A stretch of DNA of 64,000 nt from contig OY969113.1 of the NCBI GenBank assembly GCA_963698005.1, forward strand, positions 1,209,669-1,273,668, written 5' to 3'. Origin of the DNA: an uncultured Acidobacteriota bacterium. GTDB lineage: Bacteria > Acidobacteriota > Terriglobia > Acidiferrales > UBA7541. This document shows, in pieces, positions 17,366 to 25,167 of the stretch. Made by a program: the position numbers and the translations under genes. The notes beneath the pieces are model-generated. The model did not search any database, was not told where the DNA came from, and was given only the letters and a program-made list of their open reading frames with translations. The stretch's first letter is position 1. Each line of letters opens with the position of its first letter.

Positions 17366-18220
17366 TTGACTGGGAATCAGGTCGACCCGACGAAACCCGG
17401 CGTACTGATGAAAGGCTCCGTGCCGCCGACATGGTCCGGTGGGTTCACTTACGTTTCGACGACTTCGAGCATCACGTGGTCCTGGAGCGGGCTCACAATT
17501 TCGCGCGCGGACGGCAAGTCAACGGCAGTTCCAAACGGGTCGCTCGCCGTCTCAGGGCTCGCGGCCGCTACTTCGTATTACTTTTATCCTTACTGGGACG
17601 ATGTAGCGCTGGCGATCACGTGGGTGGGAGGGGTTGCCGGCAGCGTGGGTTCGCCTGCGAACGCGCAGAGCGCGAAAACAAATGTTGCTGCGCAGCAGCA
17701 GGCGCTGCAGGGGCGCGTTCCACTTTCGCAAGGCGCGATGATTGCAGCCACAACCAGCAGCGGAACCGGCGGCGGTTCCGGGGGAGGCAGCGGAAGCTGC
17801 CTGCGCGCGGGAACAGTGGTGCAAACGAAAGAGCGCGGCATCGTCAGAATCGAAAGCTGCCAGGCGGGTGAGCATCTTTGTTGTCCTTGCCATACGCGCG
17901 GAGAACCGTGGACCCGCATTGAGCGGCTGGAAGTGCGCGATGCCGACACGTTCATCCGGCTGCATTTTTCGAACGACGAATCGCTAGACGTGACTCCGCA
18001 CCACATTTTTACGCTCGCCGATGGATCGCCTATGCGCGCGGAGCGTTTGTGTTTGAGCGATGTTCTGGTGGGCCGCTTCGGACGAATCACGCTGAAGAAA
18101 ATCGAAACGATCGTCGAGGAAGGGAAGAAGGTGACGGTGAGCTGCGGACCTTATCACCAATTCTTTGCAGGGCAGCGCAATGCAAGCGTTCTGACGCACA
18201 ACTACACCTTCTCGTCGTAG
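17366..18220 (+). CDS. protein with C-terminal Hint (Hedgehog/intein-like, BIL-type) autoprocessing domain
   Basis: Gly/Ser linker GTGGGSGGGSGS is followed by CLRAGTVVQT (block A), TPHHIF (block B) and HQFFAGQ..SVLTHN (blocks F/G). Only 5 residues (YTFSS) follow the terminal Asn. Hint domain is at about 17798-18202. Start uncertain (TTG 17366, ATG 17408, or frameshift fusion with 17203). Confidence 0.7.
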   Translation: MTGNQVDPTKPGVLMKGSVPPTWSGGFTYVSTTSSITWSWSGLTISRADGKSTAVPNGSLAVSGLAAATSYYFYPYWDDVALAITWVGGVAGSVGSPANAQSAKTNVAAQQQALQGRVPLSQGAMIAATTSSGTGGGSGGGSGSCLRAGTVVQTKERGIVRIESCQAGEHLCCPCHTRGEPWTRIERLEVRDADTFIRLHFSNDESLDVTPHHIFTLADGSPMRAERLCLSDVLVGRFGRITLKKIETIVEEGKKVTVSCGPYHQFFAGQRNASVLTHNYTFSS

Positions 18221-18309
18221 CTTTTCTAACGCCCCTATAAAAAGATGTTCCGTGCCTTCGTAACGACGGCCTTCGGGGCAACAAGTCTAGACTTAAAACG
18301 ACTCAAATT

Positions 18310-18358
18310 CCGCCCGCCTGCCCTTCGTTCCTCAGGGTAAAAAGGGCGGCCGCTACAT
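18310..18358 (+). repeat. REP element type C variant (long hairpin + GCTACATA)
   Basis: ccgcccgcctgccc...gggtaaaaagggcggccgctacata. Confidence 0.6.
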
Positions 18359-18543
18359 AAGCGCAGCCCGTCCGTTTTTTCCTCGACGATCGATATGACT
18401 GGAAAATGCTACTACTTGACGACGCTCGGCGCGTGGCATCGGCACGCTGGCCGGTTTGCGAATTCGCATTGGCTCGCGCTCGGCGCGGCTGCAACGGCAC
18501 CGCTGAGCAGCGATTCTACGAGTGCGCACGACATTACACCGGC

Positions 18544-18569
18544 GGGCACAGCATGCTGTGCCCCTACGG
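18544..18569 (+). repeat. REP element type A
   Basis: gggcacagcatgctgtgcccctacgg, perfect palindrome with compensatory changes relative to other copies. Confidence 0.9.
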
Positions 18570-18834
18570 AACCGTCGATTGCGGCTTCGGAGACAGACGC
18601 GACGCCGATCCTCGTCCTCATCGAAGCGGACGAAGGAGCGCATCTGGCGCTCGAGGACGACGGTGCATTTGAAGCGCTACCGCATCCTCTTGCGCAGAAG
18701 CCAATCTCGGAGGCGGCGCAAACGGCACTCGCTGCGCACGGAGTCGCGACGGGCGCGACCATGTTTGATGCGACCGAGGCCGTCGCGCGGGTGCATCCGC
18801 TCTTGCGCCATCGAGTGTTCTAACCCTAAGGCAC

Positions 18835-19236
18835 GTGCTCATTCGCGAATACACTGACGCTGATCTTGACGCGCTGCGGCACATGCACGCGCAGCAAGGA
18901 TTCGATTACGCGTTCCCCGATCTTGCGGATCCGTTGTTTGTCTCGAAGATGGTGGTGGAAGAAGGCGCGGGGCGGGCGGTGATGGCTTCGCTTGCGCGGT
19001 TAACTTGCGAAATGTATCTGCTGGTTTCGCCGGGGGAAGGGAACCCGCGCGAACGTTACGCGCGGCTGCTCGCGTTGCACCGCGCCGGCGAACGCGATCT
19101 GCTCGCGCGCGGGTTGCACGATGCGCACGCCTGGCTGCCGCCGCCTGTCGCCAAGAAATTCGGTCGCCGCCTTGCGGCCATTGGCTGGGTTCGCGACGAC
19201 GCGTGGACGCCGTACTGTCGGCGGCTTGTTTTGTAA
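18835..19236 (+). CDS. GNAT-family N-acetyltransferase-like protein
   Basis: 133-aa ORF with GTG start. Size and pattern (IREYTDADLDALRHMH...) are consistent with a small acetyltransferase. Motifs are weak. Confidence 0.5.
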   Translation: MLIREYTDADLDALRHMHAQQGFDYAFPDLADPLFVSKMVVEEGAGRAVMASLARLTCEMYLLVSPGEGNPRERYARLLALHRAGERDLLARGLHDAHAWLPPPVAKKFGRRLAAIGWVRDDAWTPYCRRLVL

Positions 19237-19255
19237 TGTGGAGGTGGTCTTACAG

Positions 19256-19747
19256 CTAGCTGCTCGGGTGAGATTCGATCCAGGTGCCGAGCAGTTTTGC
19301 GGCGTGCTCGCATAGCTTTTTGTCTTCGGAGGCGAAGGCGGCGCGAAAATGGCTGTCGATGTCCAGCTCGCCGACGACGTTCCCTGCGACGAAAATGGGC
19401 ACGACGATCTCGGACTTGGTTTCCGCGGAGCAGGCTAAATATCGCGAGTCGGTGCCGACATCATCGACGATGACCGTCTCGCCGCTAGATGCTGCGGCGC
19501 CGCAAATGCCTTGATTCAACCTGATGCGAGTGTGAGGGGTCATCGAACCTTTGAACGGGCCGAGGACCAGCATATCTTCGGCGGGTTCTTTTTCGATCAT
19601 GTAGAAGCCGACCCAGTTGTACTTCAACAGATTTTTGTGGAGCAGCGTGATGATGCCCGTCATCAGTTCGTAAGCGGAAGTTGCGGCCGCGGCAAGAGCA
19701 TCCAGCTCGGGGACTAGGTCTTTGGGTTCCGGGTTCGCTCGAAACAT
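19256..19747 (-). CDS. msrC: GAF-domain protein, free methionine-(R)-sulfoxide reductase (fRMsr/YebR) family
   Basis: WVGFYM...GPFKG...RIRLNQGICGAAASSGETVIVDDV...YLACSAETKSEIVVPI..GELDIDS matches the YebR-type GAF signature, including the conserved Cys residues. Confidence 0.75.
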   Translation of the reverse strand: MFRANPEPKDLVPELDALAAAATSAYELMTGIITLLHKNLLKYNWVGFYMIEKEPAEDMLVLGPFKGSMTPHTRIRLNQGICGAAASSGETVIVDDVGTDSRYLACSAETKSEIVVPIFVAGNVVGELDIDSHFRAAFASEDKKLCEHAAKLLGTWIESHPSS

Positions 19748-19904
19748 ATTGGCATTAAATCATGTCGTGGTGAATTCGCAATGCCGCGCAGTGGGGTTTC
19801 GTTTCCATCAGCGCAACTCTAGGCTGCGCGATAGAGAGCAGCGGCGAGCCACCGCACGAAAAGTGCGGCGACCCGTCGCGACGCGACCTAAGGCGTCTTT
19901 TGCT

Positions 19905-20780
19905 TTATGGTTTTGGTTCGGCCTTTTCTTTCTTGACAGCGGGGGCGGGTGCAGCCTTGGGCCGCCAGAAGTCGGGGTCGGCCTTGATTAGATCTTCGTC
20001 CATATAGCTTTGCCGCGGATTGATGGCGAAGATGTTGGTTTCAGATGACGCGATAGCTGCGGCGGAAAGCTCGCTCAACTTTTTCATTCCGTCGGCGCCC
20101 ATCGCGGCCATGAACTTCGAAGCCTGCTGAAAACCGGCGTCAACCTCGGACATGGACTTCCGCGGGATGATGACCAGGTAAGCGGGTTGCTCACGGCCGA
20201 AAACGCTCTGATACATGGCCCAGTGGGCATCCGGCACCTTGGTGTACGCTTCCTTTACCAATTTGACGGCATCGTCCCAATCGGCTTCGTGGCCGGGCTT
20301 GATTTGGAAGACTTCAATTTCGAAGTAGCGGATGCCAGCGAGGCTGGCGGTTTGGTTGAGGCTTTGGTCCGGGCGGTAAACCCAGCTGGTCTGATCAGAG
20401 GAATCGAGAAGTTCGCCGTCAGTGACTGTCGCTCGATCGAGCGCCGCGGAGAACGAGGGATCTTTCCGCTCGTTCGCAACATTTTTCTCCCATTCGGCGA
20501 ACGAATCGTATCCGATGAAGTAGAGCGCGCGATGTTTGCCGCTCATCGAATCCATGCCGATGTAGTACTCGGGCGATTTCGCGTTGCTCATGGCCTTTAC
20601 GAAAAGGCTTTCTGTGCGGTCGTGCGCTGAACCGGACTTGCCGGGTTTCAGAAATTCGCGCTCGATGCGAAGTATCGTCGGTGGCGTATGCATGCCGTCA
20701 GATTTTTCTTGCGCTGCGGCGATGCTCGCGGTGCCAAGTAAGAAACAGATTCCCAGCAAAACACCACATGCTTTTTTCAT
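19905..20780 (-). CDS. secreted hypothetical protein (two tandem alpha/beta-barrel-like halves)
   Basis: 291-aa ORF. Signal peptide MKKACGVLLGICFLLGTASIAAA-QE. Lys/Pro-rich C-terminal tail. No family recognised. Confidence 0.6.
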   Translation of the reverse strand: MKKACGVLLGICFLLGTASIAAAQEKSDGMHTPPTILRIEREFLKPGKSGSAHDRTESLFVKAMSNAKSPEYYIGMDSMSGKHRALYFIGYDSFAEWEKNVANERKDPSFSAALDRATVTDGELLDSSDQTSWVYRPDQSLNQTASLAGIRYFEIEVFQIKPGHEADWDDAVKLVKEAYTKVPDAHWAMYQSVFGREQPAYLVIIPRKSMSEVDAGFQQASKFMAAMGADGMKKLSELSAAAIASSETNIFAINPRQSYMDEDLIKADPDFWRPKAAPAPAVKKEKAEPKP

Positions 20781-21007
20781 GGATTGGCCGACCTCCTCGG
20801 CGACAACTTGAATTGAATGCCAGATGGAAAATGGGTTGACGTGCTGTCACACAGGGCAAGGCAAAGCTAATTGCGCGTGTGCCGCGGAGAGTAGCGAAGA
20901 GGGAAACCGAAGTCAAGCGGCTCGCGCCACGCCAGTAAAGCGATGGAGCGCGGCCGCGGATTATCCGATCCGTAATTCATCAATAGACTTTTCTATAGGG
21001 AGGAAAT

Positions 21008-21562
21008 ATGTCACGCGGAGCAGAACGCACGACGCGTCAACTGACCGACCAGCAACTGGCGCAGCAGAACCAGCTGATCTCGCAGTCCAACCAAGAGGGA
21101 GGGCAGGACCGTTCGCTGCTGCTTCCTACGATTCAAAGCTTGCTGACCAGCACGGGCTACACGCCGCAGCAGCAATCTGACATTACGCAGCAAAGTTTGG
21201 GAGCGGCGAACACGGCGTATGACGCGTTGCGTGAAAGCGCGGCCAACCATGCAGCGGCGACGAACGATACCGCGGGGTACGGCGACTTGACCGCGCAGCT
21301 CGGCCGCGAGCAGGCGCAGACGGACGCGAGCACGGCGCAGCAGAATCAAATCGCGTTCGCCAATCAGGCGTACAAGGAACAGCAGGCGGGGCTCAACGCG
21401 CTGACGCAGACTTACGGCATCGATACGAATCTTCTCGGCAAAGCGATGGGCGTGCCGGCGGAACTGCTCAACGTGCGGCAGCGAGCGTCGAGCGGATCGT
21501 CGATCGGCGGGCTCGGTGGGCTGGTGGGACTGGGCTCCAGCGTCGGGTCGCTGTTTGGGTAG
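21008..21562 (+). CDS. Gln-rich coiled-coil protein with Gly-zipper C-terminus (possible virion-internal/scaffold-like protein)
   Basis: 184-aa ORF. ATG after GGGAGGAAAT. Q-rich heptad-like sequence ending in SSIGGLGGLVGLGSSVGSLFG. Confidence 0.55.
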   Translation: MSRGAERTTRQLTDQQLAQQNQLISQSNQEGGQDRSLLLPTIQSLLTSTGYTPQQQSDITQQSLGAANTAYDALRESAANHAAATNDTAGYGDLTAQLGREQAQTDASTAQQNQIAFANQAYKEQQAGLNALTQTYGIDTNLLGKAMGVPAELLNVRQRASSGSSIGGLGGLVGLGSSVGSLFG

Positions 21563-21626
21563 ATAGCCACCGACGTCCTAACGCGCTCTAAGCAGCCTGA
21601 TGAACGCTGATTGCCGGCGCTTTAGC

Positions 21627-21653
21627 GAGCGCAGCATGCTGCGCCCCTACGGG
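21627..21653 (+). repeat. REP element type A
   Basis: gagcgcagcatgctgcgcccctacggg. Confidence 0.9.
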
Positions 21654-21705
21654 AGCCTTTTACTCCAACTCACGGTCGGGCGTGGCGGTTTGCCGACCGA
21701 CCGGA

Positions 21706-21749
21706 AAAGTCAAAAGAGCCGGCGGGACGCCGGCGCTACGAAAACCGGG
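21706..21749 (+). repeat. REP element type B
   Basis: aaagtcaaaagagccggcgggacgccggcgctacgaaaaccggg. Confidence 0.9.
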
Positions 21750-21773
21750 CGGGGTGTGGCACACTATGCGGCC

Positions 21774-22499
21774 ATGCGCGCCACAAAATTTGAATTTGAA
21801 CAGCGCTTTTGGATCATCGGCGCGATCATATGGATCGGCTTTGGGCTGTACAACGTCGATCACGTCAATTTCGCGGTGTGGCTGTTGCATCTGGTCGCGC
21901 CAACGATCAATCCGGAAAGCGCGCGCGCAAATGACTTGGGGCGGCTGATTTTCGGGGCCGGCGCGGTGCTGGTTTTTCTGTCCGCTTTGATTCGTACGTG
22001 GGGCACCGCATATCTCAAGACGGAAGTCGTTCATGACATGGCCCAGCATACTGAAGGCTTGGTGGCCGACGGGCCGTACCGCTACGTGCGCAATCCGTTG
22101 TATCTCGCGAATGTGCCGCTGGCGGCGGGCATTGGGACCATGGCTAGCCCCGCGGGCTGGCTTTTTATGGTCCTGGGGATGTGGTTCTTTATGTATCGGC
22201 TAATTTTCCGCGAGGAAGACGGGCTGCTGCGTACGCAGGGAGAATCCTATCGCGCTTACTTGAAAGCGGTGCCGCGGTTTTGGCCTGCGTTTACGCCGCG
22301 CGTTCCGTCCGGCGGCGGAGAAGCGCGCTGGGGACAGGCGCTTGCGGGAGAAATGTTTATCTGGCTGATCGGCGTCGCGGTGCTGTGCTTTGCTGTTACT
22401 TTGAGTTTGAAACTGGCGGGCATCGTACTGGCGGCGAGCTTTGCGGTGTACTTCATTGCTGTCTATCTGGTAAAGAAGCGCGCAGCCGCAACAAAATAA
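21774..22499 (+). CDS. isoprenylcysteine carboxyl methyltransferase (ICMT)/phospholipid methyltransferase family membrane protein
   Basis: In-frame ATG at 21774 lies downstream of REPs A and B. Multiple TM segments. GLVADGPYRYVRNPLYLA...REEDGLLRTQGESYRAYLKAVPRFWP is the ICMT/PEMT signature. Confidence 0.75.
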   Translation: MRATKFEFEQRFWIIGAIIWIGFGLYNVDHVNFAVWLLHLVAPTINPESARANDLGRLIFGAGAVLVFLSALIRTWGTAYLKTEVVHDMAQHTEGLVADGPYRYVRNPLYLANVPLAAGIGTMASPAGWLFMVLGMWFFMYRLIFREEDGLLRTQGESYRAYLKAVPRFWPAFTPRVPSGGGEARWGQALAGEMFIWLIGVAVLCFAVTLSLKLAGIVLAASFAVYFIAVYLVKKRAAATK

Positions 22500-22568
22500 G
22501 CGGCAGACTCCCATCGCAGGTTCCCAACTCGGTCACGCGCGAAATGCCTTCCTTCTCGGTGCCGCCCC

Positions 22569-22832
22569 TTGGCCAAAATAATTCGCATTGTCGATGATCC
22601 TTATTGGTGGACTGTGGCCCTCTCGTCCCTGGTGCAACTGGTGATGTTCCTCCGCTGGATCTACCGGCGAATTCGTAACGACGAAATGATGCGCGCGTTC
22701 GTGGAGGACATGGCCAAGATTCACTTGCCGCACACGTACGCGCTGCTGGAAAAAATTTGCGCCCGGCAGGGAATCGACGCGTCGGAGCGGCCGTCAATCA
22801 ATTGGATCGATTTGCACGGCCCGCGGCATTGA
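22569..22832 (+). CDS. small hypothetical membrane protein
   Basis: 87-aa ORF with TTG start and no clear RBS. One TM segment (WWTVALSSLVQLVMFLRWIY). Confidence 0.35.
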   Translation: MAKIIRIVDDPYWWTVALSSLVQLVMFLRWIYRRIRNDEMMRAFVEDMAKIHLPHTYALLEKICARQGIDASERPSINWIDLHGPRH

Positions 22833-22864
22833 GAGCTCAGGCGTTAAGAGGGAAACAAGTCAAA

Positions 22865-24076
22865 ATGATGAAAACTACTCGCATACTCGCGACGATCCTA
22901 CTGGCGACTTCTTGGCTCGCGCTGACTGCGCCTGGCGCATTCGCGCAAGGGTCGCAGCGCGTGAATGTGGTGCAGGGGGACACGGGGCAAGCTATCGCTG
23001 GCGCAAACATTTGGGTTTGCACCGGCATGGTGCTGCCCGCTTACACGAGCTCTCCCGCTTGCACGCCTGCCGCGGCGATTTATTCGAATCCCACGCTGAC
23101 CACGCCTATCACGCAGCCGCTCGTTTCCGACGGGCTCGGCAACTACAGCTATTTCGGCGTCGCTGGAACGTACACGGAAGTGATCACCGGGCCGATGATC
23201 GCGGGATACACTTCGACCATCGTTCTGCCGTGCGCGCCGAGTTCGCCTACGGCGGGATGCGGAGGCAGCGCTGGAAATCCCGCGTCGCCGAGCGGCTCAA
23301 TTCAGTTCAACAATATCGGAGCATTCAGCGCATCGATTTTGAGCGAGGATTCCGGCGCAACCACGATCACCGACACCGGCAACATGAGCGTGGCAGGCTC
23401 GCGGCTCACGGTAAATACGTCGAGCAACGGCGGATTCAATCTCAACGTGAACGGCACGGGAAATTTTCTCGGCTTGCTGACGACTCCGGGCGGTTTCTCC
23501 GCGAACGCCGAATCGCCGAACAGCGCGTTCAGCGCGCCGACAAAACTTTTTTTCATGGCGGCGGGGTGCAACAACGTGACGGCAGGGAACGGCTGGCAGA
23601 TTGGGACCGCCAACGCTCCCGCGCCAGCTTGCCAGGGAACGCACACGCGAAAAGGCGTGCTGCAGTTTGCGCGCGGCAACGTGGCGTACATCGAGCTTGA
23701 ATTGCCCGTGGATTGGAATTTTGGCGTGAACGTGGATTTGAAGATCGCGTTCACCACGACGGATACGACGAACGGTCACTTCACCGCGTGGAGCGTGCAA
23801 ACCGGATGCAATTCGCTGACCGGGACGGCGACCGACGATCCCGTTCTGAACGCGGCGCAAACGGTTTCGTCCACCGTTGGCAGCACGGCGGTGTCCGGCG
23901 CGGAATATCTTACGCTGCTTACCGCGTTGAACACGGCCGGCTGCTCGGCAGGGAACAACTTCGTGCTCGCGATCACGCGAAATAATTCGGGGTCAGACAC
24001 GAATACTGACACCGCCGTCGCGGCGAAGTGGGCTGAGTTGACGTTCGGCCGAACCATTAACTCCACGAACCGGTGA
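22865..24076 (+). CDS. secreted tail-fibre-like protein sharing its N-terminal domain with the 3488-8407 protein
   Basis: ATG 22865. Signal peptide MMKTTRILATILLATSWLALTAPGAFA-QG. CarboxypepD_reg-like domain is homologous by eye to 3683-3943 (..SDGLGNY.(F/Y)....G.Y...IT.P...). SIQFNNIGAFS and GNMSVAGSRLTVN are fibre-like segments. Confidence 0.7.
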   Translation: MMKTTRILATILLATSWLALTAPGAFAQGSQRVNVVQGDTGQAIAGANIWVCTGMVLPAYTSSPACTPAAAIYSNPTLTTPITQPLVSDGLGNYSYFGVAGTYTEVITGPMIAGYTSTIVLPCAPSSPTAGCGGSAGNPASPSGSIQFNNIGAFSASILSEDSGATTITDTGNMSVAGSRLTVNTSSNGGFNLNVNGTGNFLGLLTTPGGFSANAESPNSAFSAPTKLFFMAAGCNNVTAGNGWQIGTANAPAPACQGTHTRKGVLQFARGNVAYIELELPVDWNFGVNVDLKIAFTTTDTTNGHFTAWSVQTGCNSLTGTATDDPVLNAAQTVSSTVGSTAVSGAEYLTLLTALNTAGCSAGNNFVLAITRNNSGSDTNTDTAVAAKWAELTFGRTINSTNR

Positions 24077-24136
24077 TTGAGCGGAGCTTTTGTACCGCTG
24101 GCGTCCCGCCGGCTGTTTGGCGCGCGCGGTAAGAAA

Positions 24137-24178
24137 AAGTCAAAGACTGCCGGCCTGAAGGCCGCCGCTACAAAAACC
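24137..24178 (+). repeat. REP element, B/C hybrid (AAAGTCAAAGA + gccggcctgaaggccgcc + GCTACAAAAACC)
   Basis: Hairpin followed by GCTACAAAAACC, with the AAGTCAAAG leader as in type B. Confidence 0.8.
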
Positions 24179-24246
24179 AACCGCCCACCACAGTTCCAGA
24201 ACGACACCGCGAGAGTGTCGCACTTTGAATGTTCCGGGGAGGCGCA

Positions 24247-24573
24247 ATGCAATCCTGGCAGGAATTCCTCGATTCGCTGGCTACCAAGGGCGGGAATCTA
24301 CTTGTCCTGTTCGCGTGCTTCGCGGGACTTCTCAGCCTGCTGATTCACGTTTTGCATCACGGCGACACGGGGAACGTGAGCATGGTCGTGGTCTCGACAT
24401 TCTCCGGATTTTCCGGGGCATTGATGGCGACCCTGACCGGAAAGGACAGTAAGGAGCAGAGCGAAAACATTCCCGGTGTGAAGATTCCAAGCAACACCGG
24501 AGCATCTGCAATTCCAGAATCGACCGCCACGCCTGCCAGCGGCACGCCGAAGATCGATGGGCCTGTTTCGTAA
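24247..24573 (+). CDS. holin-like small membrane protein
   Basis: ATG 24247 after GGGGAGG. Two TM segments (NLLVLFACFAGLLSLLIHVL, VSMVVVSTFSGFSGALMATL) and a hydrophilic tail. Its stop overlaps the start of the hydrolase gene (TAATG). Confidence 0.55.
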   Translation: MQSWQEFLDSLATKGGNLLVLFACFAGLLSLLIHVLHHGDTGNVSMVVVSTFSGFSGALMATLTGKDSKEQSENIPGVKIPSNTGASAIPESTATPASGTPKIDGPVS

Positions 24574-25025
24574 TGCAAGCTAAGGCGTACAGCGAGCTAA
24601 GCCCGCTCGACCTGATGAAGCTGTGCGTGTGGCGCGAAGCGCGCGGCGAAGGAATTCTGGGCAAGCGCGGCGTCGCGCAGGTGATTCAGAATCGCGCGGA
24701 CGACCCTTCGTGGTGGGGACACGACATTCGCTCTGTGATTCTGAAGCCCTGGCAATTTTCGAGCTTCAACGCGGCAGACCCCAATTCCGGAAAATGGCCG
24801 GCGGAAGGGGATCCCTCGTTCCAGGATTGCGCGGATGTTTGCGAAGCGGTGGCAACAGGAAAGCATGAGGACATCACCAGCGGCGCGACTTCCTATTTCG
24901 ACATTTCCATTCCGCCGCCGTCGTGGGCTGCGAACGGAAGCAACGTCCTCACGCTAGCTGTGGGGCGTCTGCGCTTCTACAAACTCGCGCCCGTGATGGT
25001 GAGCGACATCGATCTCGGCATGTAG
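24573..25025 (+). CDS. SleB/Hydrolase_2-type cell wall hydrolase (endolysin-like), no signal peptide
   Basis: CVWREARGEGILGKRGVAQVIQNRADD...ILKPWQFSSFN matches the cell-wall hydrolase SleB-family core. Confidence 0.75.
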   Translation: MQAKAYSELSPLDLMKLCVWREARGEGILGKRGVAQVIQNRADDPSWWGHDIRSVILKPWQFSSFNAADPNSGKWPAEGDPSFQDCADVCEAVATGKHEDITSGATSYFDISIPPPSWAANGSNVLTLAVGRLRFYKLAPVMVSDIDLGM

Positions 25026-25167
25026 ATTGTCCCAAAGGAGTGACACATCGTTCCGATGTAGCGAAAGAACTAAAAGCGCAGCGGGTGTACAATTTTGTCT
25101 CCTGGATTTGCACCGGGCAGGTTCCCAGCCAGGCCCGCGGCAGGAAGTTTCGTTCCGGAGGGCTCAA

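Noticed and set aside
17203-17871. 222-aa frame-1 ORF as a genuine full-length gene overlapping the Hint gene
   Set aside because: After about residue 55 the sequence is Arg/Gly/Cys-rich nonsense, and it overlaps 500 nt of a frame with clear Hint-domain motifs. Only the first ~50 codons look real.
17798-18202. True protein-splicing intein
   Set aside because: The residue after the terminal Asn is Tyr (not Cys/Ser/Thr) and only five residues follow. There is no host protein to religate and no homing-endonuclease insert. A BIL- or Hedgehog-type cleavage domain is more likely.
18395-18823. 142-aa ORF between the Hint gene and the GNAT gene
   Set aside because: The only canonical start forces translation through REP type A (..AGTACCAPT..). 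The protein-like C-terminal half has no ATG, GTG or TTG after the REP until its last ~28 codons (ATG at 18761). It may be a REP-disrupted gene, but I cannot support a CDS call.
1988-24178. CRISPR array interpretation of the recurring palindromes
   Set aside because: The copies are scattered over 22 kb in different intergenic spacers and belong to several unrelated sequence families. They have no regular repeat-spacer periodicity and no cas genes. They are REP-type elements.
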